Shown here: positions 46,743 to 56,670 of the stretch, piece by piece | Position numbering within the stretch: position 1 is the stretch's first letter | Layout: each line of letters begins with the position of its first letter | From: Candidatus Saccharimonadia bacterium | GTDB lineage: Bacteria; Patescibacteriota; Saccharimonadia; Saccharimonadales; 2-12-FULL-41-12 | Direction of reading: 5' to 3' | DNA: 64,000 nt | Assembly: GCA_963717365.1 (NCBI GenBank) | Contig: OY970327.1 | Span: 267,599 to 331,598 of the forward strand | Notes under the pieces: model-generated | The model's database searches: none | Seen by the model: the letters and a program-made list of their open reading frames with translations, nothing else | Told to the model about the DNA's origin: nothing | Position numbers and translations under genes: made by a program

Positions 46743-48083
46743 TTGCAGTACGTCTGTAATAACTGCGGAGCAATTAGCTCGTCGTGGAGTGGTAAATGTA
46801 TGACCTGCGGCGAGTGGAACACCTTGCAGCAAGAAGCAGTAATTATCTCTGGTGGTAGTACTAAATCCACCCGGCGCCGTCCTGCCCTGCAAATTGTGCC
46901 GGCTCAAACTGCCAGTCATGTTGATAGCTCAATTCGTATTAAAACAACAATTCATGATGTAGATTCTGTACTGGGCGGCGGCTTGGTAGCGGGAAGCGTT
47001 ACATTAATCGCCGGACAGCCCGGTATTGGTAAAAGTACTTTGTTGCTTCAAATTGCCGCAGGTGTCTCAAAAAAGCATCCCACGCTTTATATTAGCGGCG
47101 AAGAATCAGCTCATCAGGTTGGTCTCCGGGCTCGTCGGTTAGGTGTTGAAAATGATGCTGTCCAACTCGCAACAAGTACTAGCGCAGATGATATTGCGGC
47201 TACCATTGGTCGGGAAAATTTTTCAGTTGTAATTGTTGACTCCATTCAAACCTTAACGGTTGAAGGCATTGCTTCTGCGGCAGGAACAGTATCGCAGATA
47301 ACTAATGCCACTCATATACTAACTGCTGCTGCCAAGCAAAAGAATACAGCAGTAATACTAGTAGGCCATGTTACTAAGGAAGGTTCAATCGCTGGTCCTA
47401 AGGTATTGGAGCATGTTGTAGACACCGTACTGCAGCTAGAAGGTGACCGCTACGGCGGCTTTAAGCTTCTTAGAAGTATTAAGAACCGTTTTGGTTCTAC
47501 CACCGAAACTGGTATTTTCGAAATGGTCGATAACGGCTTGGCAGAGGTAAGCAATCCCTCGGCGGCATTACTAGCTGAACGACAGGTAAGTGATGGGTCG
47601 GTTGTTCTAGCTACTATGGAAGGCAGCCGGGCGCTCTTAGTAGAAGTTCAAGCCTTAGTTAATAAAACGTCGTACGGTTATCCAAAACGCGCTGCCAGCG
47701 GCATAGAGCTTAATCGCCTGAATTTACTGATAGCTATGTTAGAGCGGCGCACAAAACTTAATTTAAGCGATCAAGACATCTACATCAATATTGTAGGTGG
47801 TATGAAAATTAACGAACCTGGAGCAGATTTGGCTATTTGTATGGCTATTGCATCAGCGTCCAAAGGGATGCAGCTAAAAGCCAACGCTGTGGTGTTTGGA
47901 GAAATTGGTTTGTCAGGCGAGGTGCGCCACGTGCCATTTGCTGAACGTAGACTAGAGGAGGCTACTAAACTAGGTTTTGACGCGGCAATTGGACCTAAAT
48001 TAAGTGGACGGGCTGCAAAAACAAGTATTTTGCAGCCGGTATCGGATGTACGTAGCGCGCTTAATACTTATTTAGAAATTTAA
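46743..48083 (+). CDS. radA: DNA repair protein RadA/Sms
   Basis: Zinc finger CNNCGAISSSWSGKCMTCGEW, Walker A GQPGIGKSTL, KNRFG motif, Lon-like C-terminal domain. TTG is the only start available after the in-frame stop at 46734. Confidence 0.93.
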   Translation: MQYVCNNCGAISSSWSGKCMTCGEWNTLQQEAVIISGGSTKSTRRRPALQIVPAQTASHVDSSIRIKTTIHDVDSVLGGGLVAGSVTLIAGQPGIGKSTLLLQIAAGVSKKHPTLYISGEESAHQVGLRARRLGVENDAVQLATSTSADDIAATIGRENFSVVIVDSIQTLTVEGIASAAGTVSQITNATHILTAAAKQKNTAVILVGHVTKEGSIAGPKVLEHVVDTVLQLEGDRYGGFKLLRSIKNRFGSTTETGIFEMVDNGLAEVSNPSAALLAERQVSDGSVVLATMEGSRALLVEVQALVNKTSYGYPKRAASGIELNRLNLLIAMLERRTKLNLSDQDIYINIVGGMKINEPGADLAICMAIASASKGMQLKANAVVFGEIGLSGEVRHVPFAERRLEEATKLGFDAAIGPKLSGRAAKTSILQPVSDVRSALNTYLEI

Positions 48084-48109
48084 TAACTAAACGTTAATGC
48101 TTTTGAGAT

Positions 48110-51100
48110 CTAAGGGCTGACAGTAGTTACGTTTGATATACCATTTGAGGCGTCTTTAGCGACAACCTCTGTATTAACAGGTGCAAGTACAGCTACTACA
48201 CTGCAGTTGCTGGATGGCCCAGCGTTACACAGTGGCTGATTATTGGAAACGCGGTATACCGTAACAATGCCGGTCCCACCAGTCCAGGTAAAGGTACTAT
48301 TCCCAGCGCTAAACTTGGCATTAAGCGAAATGACACCACTGTTTGCAGTTCCAAAATCAACGGTTTTTGTATCTCTGGCGTCATAGAGAACGCTATCTAC
48401 AACTTCGGCAGCAACCTCATGGTTTCCTGATGCAGTTGCCGTGTAGTTATATGAAAACGTTGAAGGACTACTACCAATCGCAACGGTGTTTACTACGTTA
48501 CCATCTACTAAGAAGTTAACTTGTCCGATAAAACGATCACTCGAGATTGGATGCGTACCTTGAGAAGCAGTTGCTGTCATCGTAATATTTTTACCGGTAC
48601 CACTTACCGTGAGTGTTATCTTGGGTTTGGCATCCTCGCAGCGATGTACATCATCCTTCTCAGTAGTGGTAACACCGGCTGTTCCATTAAATCGGTCACT
48701 AGAGAAAGCATTTGCCGACGCGCCAGTAGCATCCTTTTTAGCACGAGCCGGAGTACAGTCTGTCGCAAGCTTGTTAGAGACAATATCAATAGTTTGCCGA
48801 GTATTAGGATTAGTCTTTTTGTACCAAGATGGGAACAGATCAGTCGCTGGGCTGGGTTCTATCGAGGAAACACCGACGTGACTGCGTACAATAAATGCCG
48901 GTAGGGTTTGTATTCCAGCCGGTTTTGGGCGATCTTCAGGCTTAAGATTATCATGAGCCTTCTGCATCCAGCCAGATACGATTGGTTGGGTCATAGTCTC
49001 CATAAATCCACTCAGCTCTTTAGTACGGTCATGATAACCAACCCAGGTTGCTACGGCATATTGAGTTGACATGCCAACCATCCAACCGTCTTTAGAGTCG
49101 TTGGTGGTCCCCGTTTTATAGCCAAATTTCCAACCCTTATAGTTATGGGATTTATTTGGCAAATAACTGGCTCTAGGGTCGCTCATCATATCAGCTACAA
49201 TATAAGCTGCTTCATCCCGAATAGCTTGAACACCTGCGCTTGGTTTCCATTCTTCGACCACTTTGCCTCTTGAGTCCTCAATTTTAAGTATGTAAGTTTG
49301 TGGAATATTAAGACCATTGCGTGAGAGAGTCGCAATACCGTGGACATGCTCATCCATCTTTAGGTAAGCACCATCACCAATAGCTGCCGCTGTATAGCAC
49401 TGCGCCTCTTTGGTTAGCGCGTCGTCTTGGTAACATTTATAATCGCCACGAGCTTCACCTTCAACGCTGCCGGGCGACTGCATTAGTTTCTTAGATGTCT
49501 CAAGTGTCTTGTCTACGCCAGCAGTCAACATAGCTTTCATAGCAGGAATATTGCGAGAACCACCAAGGGCATAACGTAGCGTTAATGGACCAGGGAATCG
49601 AAAATCATAATCAACTGCGCAGTTACCGCCTTTTTTTGGTCCAGTCGTGCATGGATAACCGTCGATTGGGCCAGGTGAGTCATAGAGAACAGAACCGGCA
49701 CCAGAGTTAGTCGTGTGTTCAATTAGGGCAGCATAGTCGTACGGCTTATAGCTGGAGCCGGGCGGCAGCTTAAGTCGAACATAATTGTTTTGCCCAAAAA
49801 CAGGATCGTTAAAATCGGTGCCGCCAACCAAGGCAACTACTTGGCCGGTTTTTACATCTTCTGCAACCAGGGCGGCGGTATCACCACCTTGACGTTTGAC
49901 TCTAGTTATTCCAGCAGCTATTTGTTCTTCTGCAAGCTTTTGTTTTTCCATGTCAAGAGTAGTCGTAACCCGCATACCTCCTACTTTTACGGTCTCTGGA
50001 CGGCTAGCTAATAGTTGTTCTTTTGCAGTCAGCACAAACCACGGTGCCTTAATCCCATCAAACTTCGGCGAGCGTGCTTTAATAGTAGCAACGGTGTCCA
50101 CCAGTTTAGCGGCATCACGCTGCTCATTGGTAATCTTACCTTGTTGGGCCATTAGGTCAAGAACATAGTGCTGACGCCCAAGCAAAGCCTCTTTATCATA
50201 CCTGGCGCCATAGGGTGAATAATAGGTTGGTGATTGCGGCATGGCGGCTAAAAACGCGGCTTCGTCCAGAGTAGCGTCTTTGGCAGATTTCTTAAAATAA
50301 TCTTGCATAGCGGCCTCTACCCCGTAAGTAATATCGCCATACGGAGCCGTATTAAGATAGCCGGTTAAAATTTCTTGCTTAGTATAGGAACGTTCTAACT
50401 CCACAGAGAGAATAAGTTCTTTTACCTTACGGGTATAAGTACGGTCTTTGCTCCAATTTTGAGTTAATTTAACAAGCTGTTGAGTAATAGTAGACCCACC
50501 TTGCGTACCGCCTTGGCCAAGGGTGTTGTTTACGCCTGCACGGGCTATACCACGAACATCAAAGCCGCCGTGTTCAAAAAAGTCTTTATCTTCAATTGCC
50601 ACCGTCGCATCTTTGAGGGATTGAGCAATATTTTCTTCTTTTACGGGAGTACGCTTAACAGCGTCGTAATCTTCCCATAATAATACCTGACCGGTTCGGT
50701 CATAGTATTGAATAGAACCACCGATGTTGTTGCCAGAAATATCACGTAGATTAGGTAAGTCTTTACGGAAGTACGCGAAAACTCCTACTAAGAGTAAGAA
50801 GGCCGCCAAAGAACCAATGCCAGCAATTTTTAGGGCCATAATTCCACCTTGGCGGCTGAACCAGTACTTAACTTGACGCTTTGGGTGCAAACGGTAAAGA
50901 GTTCGCTTTAGCCGACCCTTAGGAAGAGTAGCTAGATAGGCTGCTTTCTTTCGAAGACGGGCATCTTTTCTGGCATGAAAACGACCGACTAAGCTCCGGT
51001 TCAGCTTAATCTTATTGCCGCTTTTAGTAATATGGTGATTTCTGCTTTGACCGGGCCTACTACGTTTACTGGGTTTTGTAGACCGCTTGCCGTCAGATCC

Positions 51101-51124
51101 ACCACTTTTCAGCGGATTCTTCAT
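48110..51124 (-). CDS. class A penicillin-binding protein (PBP1A family glycosyltransferase/transpeptidase) with long terminal extensions
   Basis: GT51 motifs EDKDFFEHGGFD and GGSTITQQL. Transpeptidase motifs SSYK (SxxK), SRN and KTGT. Basic cytoplasmic tail of about 95 aa and a beta-rich C-terminal extension of about 260 aa. Confidence 0.93.
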   Translation of the reverse strand: MKNPLKSGGSDGKRSTKPSKRSRPGQSRNHHITKSGNKIKLNRSLVGRFHARKDARLRKKAAYLATLPKGRLKRTLYRLHPKRQVKYWFSRQGGIMALKIAGIGSLAAFLLLVGVFAYFRKDLPNLRDISGNNIGGSIQYYDRTGQVLLWEDYDAVKRTPVKEENIAQSLKDATVAIEDKDFFEHGGFDVRGIARAGVNNTLGQGGTQGGSTITQQLVKLTQNWSKDRTYTRKVKELILSVELERSYTKQEILTGYLNTAPYGDITYGVEAAMQDYFKKSAKDATLDEAAFLAAMPQSPTYYSPYGARYDKEALLGRQHYVLDLMAQQGKITNEQRDAAKLVDTVATIKARSPKFDGIKAPWFVLTAKEQLLASRPETVKVGGMRVTTTLDMEKQKLAEEQIAAGITRVKRQGGDTAALVAEDVKTGQVVALVGGTDFNDPVFGQNNYVRLKLPPGSSYKPYDYAALIEHTTNSGAGSVLYDSPGPIDGYPCTTGPKKGGNCAVDYDFRFPGPLTLRYALGGSRNIPAMKAMLTAGVDKTLETSKKLMQSPGSVEGEARGDYKCYQDDALTKEAQCYTAAAIGDGAYLKMDEHVHGIATLSRNGLNIPQTYILKIEDSRGKVVEEWKPSAGVQAIRDEAAYIVADMMSDPRASYLPNKSHNYKGWKFGYKTGTTNDSKDGWMVGMSTQYAVATWVGYHDRTKELSGFMETMTQPIVSGWMQKAHDNLKPEDRPKPAGIQTLPAFIVRSHVGVSSIEPSPATDLFPSWYKKTNPNTRQTIDIVSNKLATDCTPARAKKDATGASANAFSSDRFNGTAGVTTTEKDDVHRCEDAKPKITLTVSGTGKNITMTATASQGTHPISSDRFIGQVNFLVDGNVVNTVAIGSSPSTFSYNYTATASGNHEVAAEVVDSVLYDARDTKTVDFGTANSGVISLNAKFSAGNSTFTWTGGTGIVTVYRVSNNQPLCNAGPSSNCSVVAVLAPVNTEVVAKDASNGISNVTTVSP

Positions 51125-51225
51125 GAATTACCCATAACTCCTCTTGCGTATTTTATGTTAACCATTATACCAAAGTTGGGCGTGTGCATATAGCTCTTTT
51201 GTTTAAATTGCCGCTCAGCAATGTG

Positions 51226-51231
51226 TATACT
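51226..51231 (+). promoter_or_regulatory. -10 box of tyrS (leaderless geometry)
   Basis: TATACT preceded by TGTG, then 7 nt to ATG 51239, no SD. Confidence 0.4.
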
Positions 51232-51238
51232 TATAAAT

Positions 51239-52468
51239 ATGACATTATCAGAAGAACTTACCTGGCGTGGTTTTATTCAGCACACCACTTTTAAAAATCT
51301 ACATGAGCTAAATGAAAAGCAATGGACTTTTTACCATGGTTATGACGCTTCGGCAGATTCCCAGACAGTTGGCAATTTAGCAGCTATGATGGTTGACAAA
51401 GTATTTTTAAGACACGGTCATCAAGCGATTATACTGACAGGCGGGGCCACTAGCTTAATTGGTGATCCAGGCGGTAAAGATAAAGAACGTTCACTACAAG
51501 ATGAAAAAACTATTGCACATAACATTAAGCGCGCAGAAGAACAGCTAAATAAAATTCTGATTGGCTACAAGTTTAAAATGGTAAACAACCTTGACTGGAC
51601 CAAAGAACTTAAATTATTGCCATTCCTGCGAGACATTGGAAAACATTACAGTATGACACCACTCGTACAGCGTGACTACATCGCAAATCGTATTGGCGAA
51701 GGCGGAGGCGGTATTAGCTACACCGAGTTTAGCTATACCTTGCTTCAAGGCTATGACTACCTTCATCTGTTTGATAAATATGGTTGCACGCTTCAGCTCG
51801 GTGGCTCTGACCAGTGGGGAAATTGTCTCAGTGGAGTGGAACTGATTAGGAAAGCTCGCGGTGTCGACGCGCATGTAATTACATTGCCTTTAATTATCAA
51901 TAAATCAACTGGTAAAAAATTCGGTAAAAGCGAAGAAGGTGCTATATGGATTGATGAAAAGAAAACTAGTGTCTTTAAGTTTTATCAGTTCTGGCTTAAT
52001 ACCGATGATGATAGCGTAGAGGCTTACCTCAAAATATATACCGAGCTAGATAAAGCCACGATTACACTTGCCATGGCAGAATTTGAAGCCAACCGGAATT
52101 TACGAATGGCGCAACGAGTGTTGGCCTATGAGGTGACAAAAATTGTTCATGGTATAAAACGTGCTAATGAAGCAGTCAAAGCGACAAAGGTACTTTACGG
52201 GGAAGGTGATTTTCTTGATTTAGGAAAAAATGAAATGCATATTCTTAAGCATGAATTAGCGGTAGTTAAGGCGCATAATGATTTGCCACTGATTTTAGTG
52301 GAAGCTGGCTTGGCTTCATCAAAAGGAGAAGCCCGAAAATTTCTAGAGTCTGGAGCGATCTCAGTTAACGGCCAGAAAGCCGGACCGCAAAATCTTGACC
52401 TATTTGTTAAAGGCAATAATTTACTTAAACGCGGTAAAAATAATTTCGCCATTGCCGAGAAGAAGTAA
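51239..52468 (+). CDS. tyrS: tyrosine--tRNA ligase (non-canonical HIGH motif)
   Basis: TyrRS pattern FYHGYDASADS..VGNL, GGATSLIGDPGGK, KFGKS (KMSKS equivalent), C-terminal S4 domain. ATG 51239 is preferred. Confidence 0.92.
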   Translation: MTLSEELTWRGFIQHTTFKNLHELNEKQWTFYHGYDASADSQTVGNLAAMMVDKVFLRHGHQAIILTGGATSLIGDPGGKDKERSLQDEKTIAHNIKRAEEQLNKILIGYKFKMVNNLDWTKELKLLPFLRDIGKHYSMTPLVQRDYIANRIGEGGGGISYTEFSYTLLQGYDYLHLFDKYGCTLQLGGSDQWGNCLSGVELIRKARGVDAHVITLPLIINKSTGKKFGKSEEGAIWIDEKKTSVFKFYQFWLNTDDDSVEAYLKIYTELDKATITLAMAEFEANRNLRMAQRVLAYEVTKIVHGIKRANEAVKATKVLYGEGDFLDLGKNEMHILKHELAVVKAHNDLPLILVEAGLASSKGEARKFLESGAISVNGQKAGPQNLDLFVKGNNLLKRGKNNFAIAEKK

Positions 52469-52474
52469 TATACT
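52469..52474 (+). promoter_or_regulatory. -10 box of the methyltransferase gene (leaderless geometry)
   Basis: TATACT, then 7 nt to ATG 52482, no SD. Confidence 0.35.
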
Positions 52475-52481
52475 AGCTCCT

Positions 52482-53252
52482 ATGCCTAAAAATCCACTCA
52501 ACCCAAAAAAAGCCAATCAATACGACAATGATGACTATAATTATCTTGATTATTGGACCGGCCGCGACTATGAACACGAAGCTGAAGAAATGGCTATTAA
52601 GCGACTTATTAAAGATATGCACTTCAAATCGGCCGCAGATATTGGCGGCGGCTACGGGCGGCTTTGCTTACTCCTTGAGAATTATGCCGATAAAGTAACT
52701 CTTGTTGAGCCCTCTAAATCTCAACTTGATATTGCTGATAATTTTTTAAAAGGCCATAATCGAATTCATCAAATGCTTGGCCAGGCTGACGATCTTGCAT
52801 TTAAAGATGAGTCAGTAGATTTAATTACGATGATTAGGGTCATGCATCATTTGCCAAATCCGTTACCCGAGCTATCGGAAATGCACCGCATATTAACTAA
52901 AGATGGTTACTTTGTGTTGGAACTGGCCAATTATGCTCATGCCCGCAACCGTATCAAGCATTTACTAAAAGGCAAGCCGCTACCTAAGCAGCCAATTGAT
53001 ATTCGTTCTGAAAAAAATAAGCGAGCTGAAGAAATTGCTTTTGTAAACCATAATCCTCAAACTGTTATACGTCAATTGGATAGCGTAGGTTTTACCGTTG
53101 AGCGTATATTATCGGTTTCAAATTTGCGCTCCCCAGGTATCAAAAAATACATACCCCAAGCTGTTATGCTAAGCCTTGAAAAAGTTATGCAACCAACGCT
53201 TGCAATGACCTATTTTGGACCAAGTGTTTTTTTTCTACTTAAGAAGAAATAA
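52482..53252 (+). CDS. class I SAM-dependent methyltransferase
   Basis: Motif I AADIGGGYGR, motif post-I VTLVEPS, and DLITMIRVMHHL. ATG 52482, because the tracked start 52395 overlaps tyrS. Confidence 0.8.
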   Translation: MPKNPLNPKKANQYDNDDYNYLDYWTGRDYEHEAEEMAIKRLIKDMHFKSAADIGGGYGRLCLLLENYADKVTLVEPSKSQLDIADNFLKGHNRIHQMLGQADDLAFKDESVDLITMIRVMHHLPNPLPELSEMHRILTKDGYFVLELANYAHARNRIKHLLKGKPLPKQPIDIRSEKNKRAEEIAFVNHNPQTVIRQLDSVGFTVERILSVSNLRSPGIKKYIPQAVMLSLEKVMQPTLAMTYFGPSVFFLLKKK

Positions 53253-53255
53253 TAA

Positions 53256-53978
53256 TTACAACAGTATTGCTGACGCTGCAACAGGCAGAACGTAATCGTT
53301 ATAGTTTGTTTCTAAGTTATCTTTATTATCAGATAGTATTTTAATTGTTATTGCCTGCTTGCCGGTCCATCGATAAAGTGATTTAGAGTATTGTCCACTG
53401 TGTTCGCTATACACCTCAAGCCATTCCATGTCATCAATAAACTTCTTTTCACTCGTTAGTATTAGTTCTTCTTTATTAATGCCTTGCTCTTCATAGTACT
53501 CTTGCAGTATGACATTTTTATCGCTTAGCATCTGCTCAAAAGATACTTGGTCGGACTTATCTGGTTGTTTACTTATTCCGACACTTATAAAAGTATAAGT
53601 CGGAACGTCAGTATCAGTAAGTGTGGTTTTACCAACCCTGAAGCCTTTTACGGGAGGACCAATCCCAGCCATGCTGGAAGTTAGGCTACCTTGACTTTGT
53701 GTTTCTGTAGGCTGAGTCTGCCAGTCGTTTGGCATAATTACACTGATCCCTGCTTCTGTTTCAACATTTTTCCAGCCATCGGGGACATTAATTGATAGTT
53801 TTGGCTCATTTTTTACTGAAAGGGCTGCAATTACTCCAATGATCAAAATAAGTACTGTTGAAACAACTCCAATAATTAATAATTTCTTTTTGCTTTTCTT
53901 GGGAGGAGGTGGCAGTTCGCTAATAAAATCCGAGTATGGATTGGCAGCATAACGATTGTTGGTAGTATTGTCGCTCAT
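53256..53978 (-). CDS. hypothetical membrane-anchored extracytoplasmic protein
   Basis: N-terminal TM (LLIIGVVSTVLILIIGVIAALSV) followed by a soluble domain with no known motif. The internal ATG 53978 (MSDNTTNN) is preferred over 54026. Confidence 0.55.
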   Translation of the reverse strand: MSDNTTNNRYAANPYSDFISELPPPPKKSKKKLLIIGVVSTVLILIIGVIAALSVKNEPKLSINVPDGWKNVETEAGISVIMPNDWQTQPTETQSQGSLTSSMAGIGPPVKGFRVGKTTLTDTDVPTYTFISVGISKQPDKSDQVSFEQMLSDKNVILQEYYEEQGINKEELILTSEKKFIDDMEWLEVYSEHSGQYSKSLYRWTGKQAITIKILSDNKDNLETNYNDYVLPVAASAILL

Positions 53979-54028
53979 CTTTACTTTTATATTACCATAA
54001 ACAATACCTAGCGGTATTGATCGCAAGG

Positions 54029-54034
54029 TATACT
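54029..54034 (+). promoter_or_regulatory. -10 box of recG (leaderless geometry)
   Basis: TATACT, then 6 nt to ATG 54041, no SD. Confidence 0.35.
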
Positions 54035-54040
54035 TTGTAC

Positions 54041-56080
54041 ATGAACATACAAAGTCAGTTAGGGGATGTCACCGGGATTGGCGCTGCTGCTGTTCAAAAA
54101 TTAGCCGTGCTTGGCGTTTACTCTATTTGGGACTTAATTCATTATTATCCAAGACGATACGACGATTACTCCACACTTACTCCTATTGCAAACCTTAAGC
54201 CTGGTGTAGTCAGCGTTGAGGCTGTCATTAAACAAATCACTGGCCGATATGTACGTCGTGGCATGCACATTACAGAAGCGGTTGCGAGTGATAAAACTGG
54301 TAGCTTACGTCTGATTTGGTTTAACCAGCCATACCGGGCAAATGCAACTAAATTACAGCAGACTTATTTTATATCAGGCAACTTTGAAATGTCACGTGGA
54401 CGATTGTCCCTGATGAATCCAGCAATGGAGCTAACCAGCGAATTTCCAGTAAATACTGCTCGCATCGTGTCTATATACCGTGAGACAAAGGGGTTCAAAT
54501 CGGCCAGTATCCGTAAACTTATTGTAAAGTTAATGCCTTACATCCAAACAATACCAGAAAATTTGCCCGCTTCTGTAGTCCTAGAACACAAACTTCTACC
54601 TCACTCCGAAGCTATACTTGCTATGCATTTCCCTGAGTCAGTCGTGCAGCTTGATGCTGCTCGCCGCCGGCTTGGTTTTGAAGAGATTTTTAGCTTAAGT
54701 CTTGCCAGTGTATTGAATAAAATAGAAGCCACTCGTCAAAAAACACATAACATTCCCTTTAATGAGAAGCTTATCCAGGAGTTTGTCGGCAGTTTACCGT
54801 TTACATTAACAGATTCTCAGCGTCGAGTTGCTTGGCAAATATTCCAAGATTTGAACAAGGACATGCCAATGAATCGTATGATTGAGGGTGATGTCGGTTC
54901 CGGCAAGACCGTAGTAGCCGCCATGGCAGCATTAGTGGCGATAGATCATGGCTTTCAAGTGGCGTTTATGGCACCTACCGAATTGTTAGCTAGTCAACAC
55001 GCAGACAATTTATATAAGCTCTTACAGCCAGTAGACAAACATCAGCAAGTCGCCTTATTAACTGGCAGTCTTAAGCCAAAACAAAAGAAGGTTTTGCATG
55101 CAGCTATCACAGAGGGTAAAACAAATTTAATTATTGGCACGCATGCTCTTATTACTCAAAAAGTCTCAATGCATAAATTAGGTTTGGTTATTATTGACGA
55201 ACAACATCGATTTGGGGTTGAGCAGCGTAAAAAATTGCAGCAAAAAGCTGATGGTAGAATGCCGCATGTCATCAGTATGACTGCTACGCCGATTCCACGG
55301 ACTCTTGCACTCACACTGTACGGGGAACTAGACATTTCTGTTTTGCACGAAAAACCAAGTGGACGTTTGCCAGTGATTACTGAAATTATTTCTCCCAACT
55401 CACGCAAGCCATTATATGGGAAAATTGAACAAGAACTCAGCCGCGGTGGACAGATGTTCGTAGTATGTCCGTTGATTAGCGAATCTGACAAACTAGTGGC
55501 TCTATCAGCAGAGAAGGTGTATGAAGAATTTTCAAAAAAACAGTTTAAGCATCGCAGAGTTGGTCTACTGCACGGCAAAATGAAAGCAGAAGAAAAGGAC
55601 AACATAATGGCTAAGTTCGTTACCCATGAACTAGATATACTAGTCTCGACTACCGTAATAGAAGTGGGTGTCGACGTACCAAATGCCACTATCATGCTTA
55701 TTGAAGGCGCAGAACGGTTTGGACTGGCACAAATACATCAGTTGCGCGGCCGAGTGGGGCGCAGCGCTGAACAGGGCTACTGCTATTTAATAATGAGCGA
55801 TAGCAAAGAACCAACCCGTCGATTGCGGGCTGTTCAGAATTCAAATGATGGCTTTAAGCTGAGTGAACTTGATTTAGAAATACGTGGGCCGGGTGCAATT
55901 TACGGTCAGTCTCAGTCTGGCGAACTTGACCTACGAATTGCAAAGTTAACAGACGTAAAATTAATTGAAGCTGCCCGAACTGCTGCCAACGCTTTTGCTG
56001 TTTCCGATCAAAAATTGTCAGACTATCCTTCGTTACAAGCACAAGTCAGTAAATATCGTTCAGTAACAAATCTTAATTAG
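54041..56080 (+). CDS. recG: ATP-dependent DNA helicase RecG
   Basis: Wedge/OB domain, helicase motifs GDVGSGKT and DEQHRFG, and QLRGRVGR. Confidence 0.93.
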   Translation: MNIQSQLGDVTGIGAAAVQKLAVLGVYSIWDLIHYYPRRYDDYSTLTPIANLKPGVVSVEAVIKQITGRYVRRGMHITEAVASDKTGSLRLIWFNQPYRANATKLQQTYFISGNFEMSRGRLSLMNPAMELTSEFPVNTARIVSIYRETKGFKSASIRKLIVKLMPYIQTIPENLPASVVLEHKLLPHSEAILAMHFPESVVQLDAARRRLGFEEIFSLSLASVLNKIEATRQKTHNIPFNEKLIQEFVGSLPFTLTDSQRRVAWQIFQDLNKDMPMNRMIEGDVGSGKTVVAAMAALVAIDHGFQVAFMAPTELLASQHADNLYKLLQPVDKHQQVALLTGSLKPKQKKVLHAAITEGKTNLIIGTHALITQKVSMHKLGLVIIDEQHRFGVEQRKKLQQKADGRMPHVISMTATPIPRTLALTLYGELDISVLHEKPSGRLPVITEIISPNSRKPLYGKIEQELSRGGQMFVVCPLISESDKLVALSAEKVYEEFSKKQFKHRRVGLLHGKMKAEEKDNIMAKFVTHELDILVSTTVIEVGVDVPNATIMLIEGAERFGLAQIHQLRGRVGRSAEQGYCYLIMSDSKEPTRRLRAVQNSNDGFKLSELDLEIRGPGAIYGQSQSGELDLRIAKLTDVKLIEAARTAANAFAVSDQKLSDYPSLQAQVSKYRSVTNLN

Positions 56081-56085
56081 CAGCC

Positions 56086-56094
56086 TGTTACAAT
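56086..56094 (+). promoter_or_regulatory. extended -10 promoter of rsmD (leaderless geometry)
   Basis: TGtTACAAT, then 7 nt to ATG 56102, no SD. Confidence 0.45.
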
Positions 56095-56101
56095 ATTCAC
56101 T

Positions 56102-56629
56102 ATGAGAGTAATTGCTGGCTGGCTTGGTGGTAGAATATTTGATTCTCCACGCGGACATCGCACCCATCCGATGAGCGAAAAAATGCGTGGCGCGATTTTT
56201 GGCGCGCTAGGTGACATTAAAGGTCTGACCGTTCTCGATGCGTTTTCAGGCAGCGGGGCATTAGCTGTAGAAGCAATTAGCAGGGGTGCAGACAGTGCAG
56301 TTAGTATAGATATGGATCCGGCTGCTCATAAAATTATAGAAACCAATATAAAGACGTTAGGTATTGATGAACGTATTAAAGCTATCAGAGCGTATGCCGG
56401 TGCATGGTCTACGCGACATCAAGCAACCTTATTTGACGTAGTATTGCTTGATCCGCCATATGACAATATTCCTTATCGTGACTTAAGACGAATGCCCCGG
56501 CACGTAAAAAAAAATGGCGTATTGGTTTTATCTTGGCCAGGTAAAATGGAGCCACTTACATTTGATGACTTAGAAATCGTCCAGCGCAAAGATTATAACG
56601 ACTCACAATTGATATTTTATAAAAAATAA
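56102..56629 (+). CDS. rsmD: 16S rRNA (guanine(966)-N(2))-methyltransferase RsmD
   Basis: LDAFSGSGALAVEAISRGA and DPPY motifs. 175 aa. Confidence 0.88.
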   Translation: MRVIAGWLGGRIFDSPRGHRTHPMSEKMRGAIFGALGDIKGLTVLDAFSGSGALAVEAISRGADSAVSIDMDPAAHKIIETNIKTLGIDERIKAIRAYAGAWSTRHQATLFDVVLLDPPYDNIPYRDLRRMPRHVKKNGVLVLSWPGKMEPLTFDDLEIVQRKDYNDSQLIFYKK

Positions 56630-56670
56630 GTTATAAAATAACAACGATCATCACCTTATTAAATCAAAAT

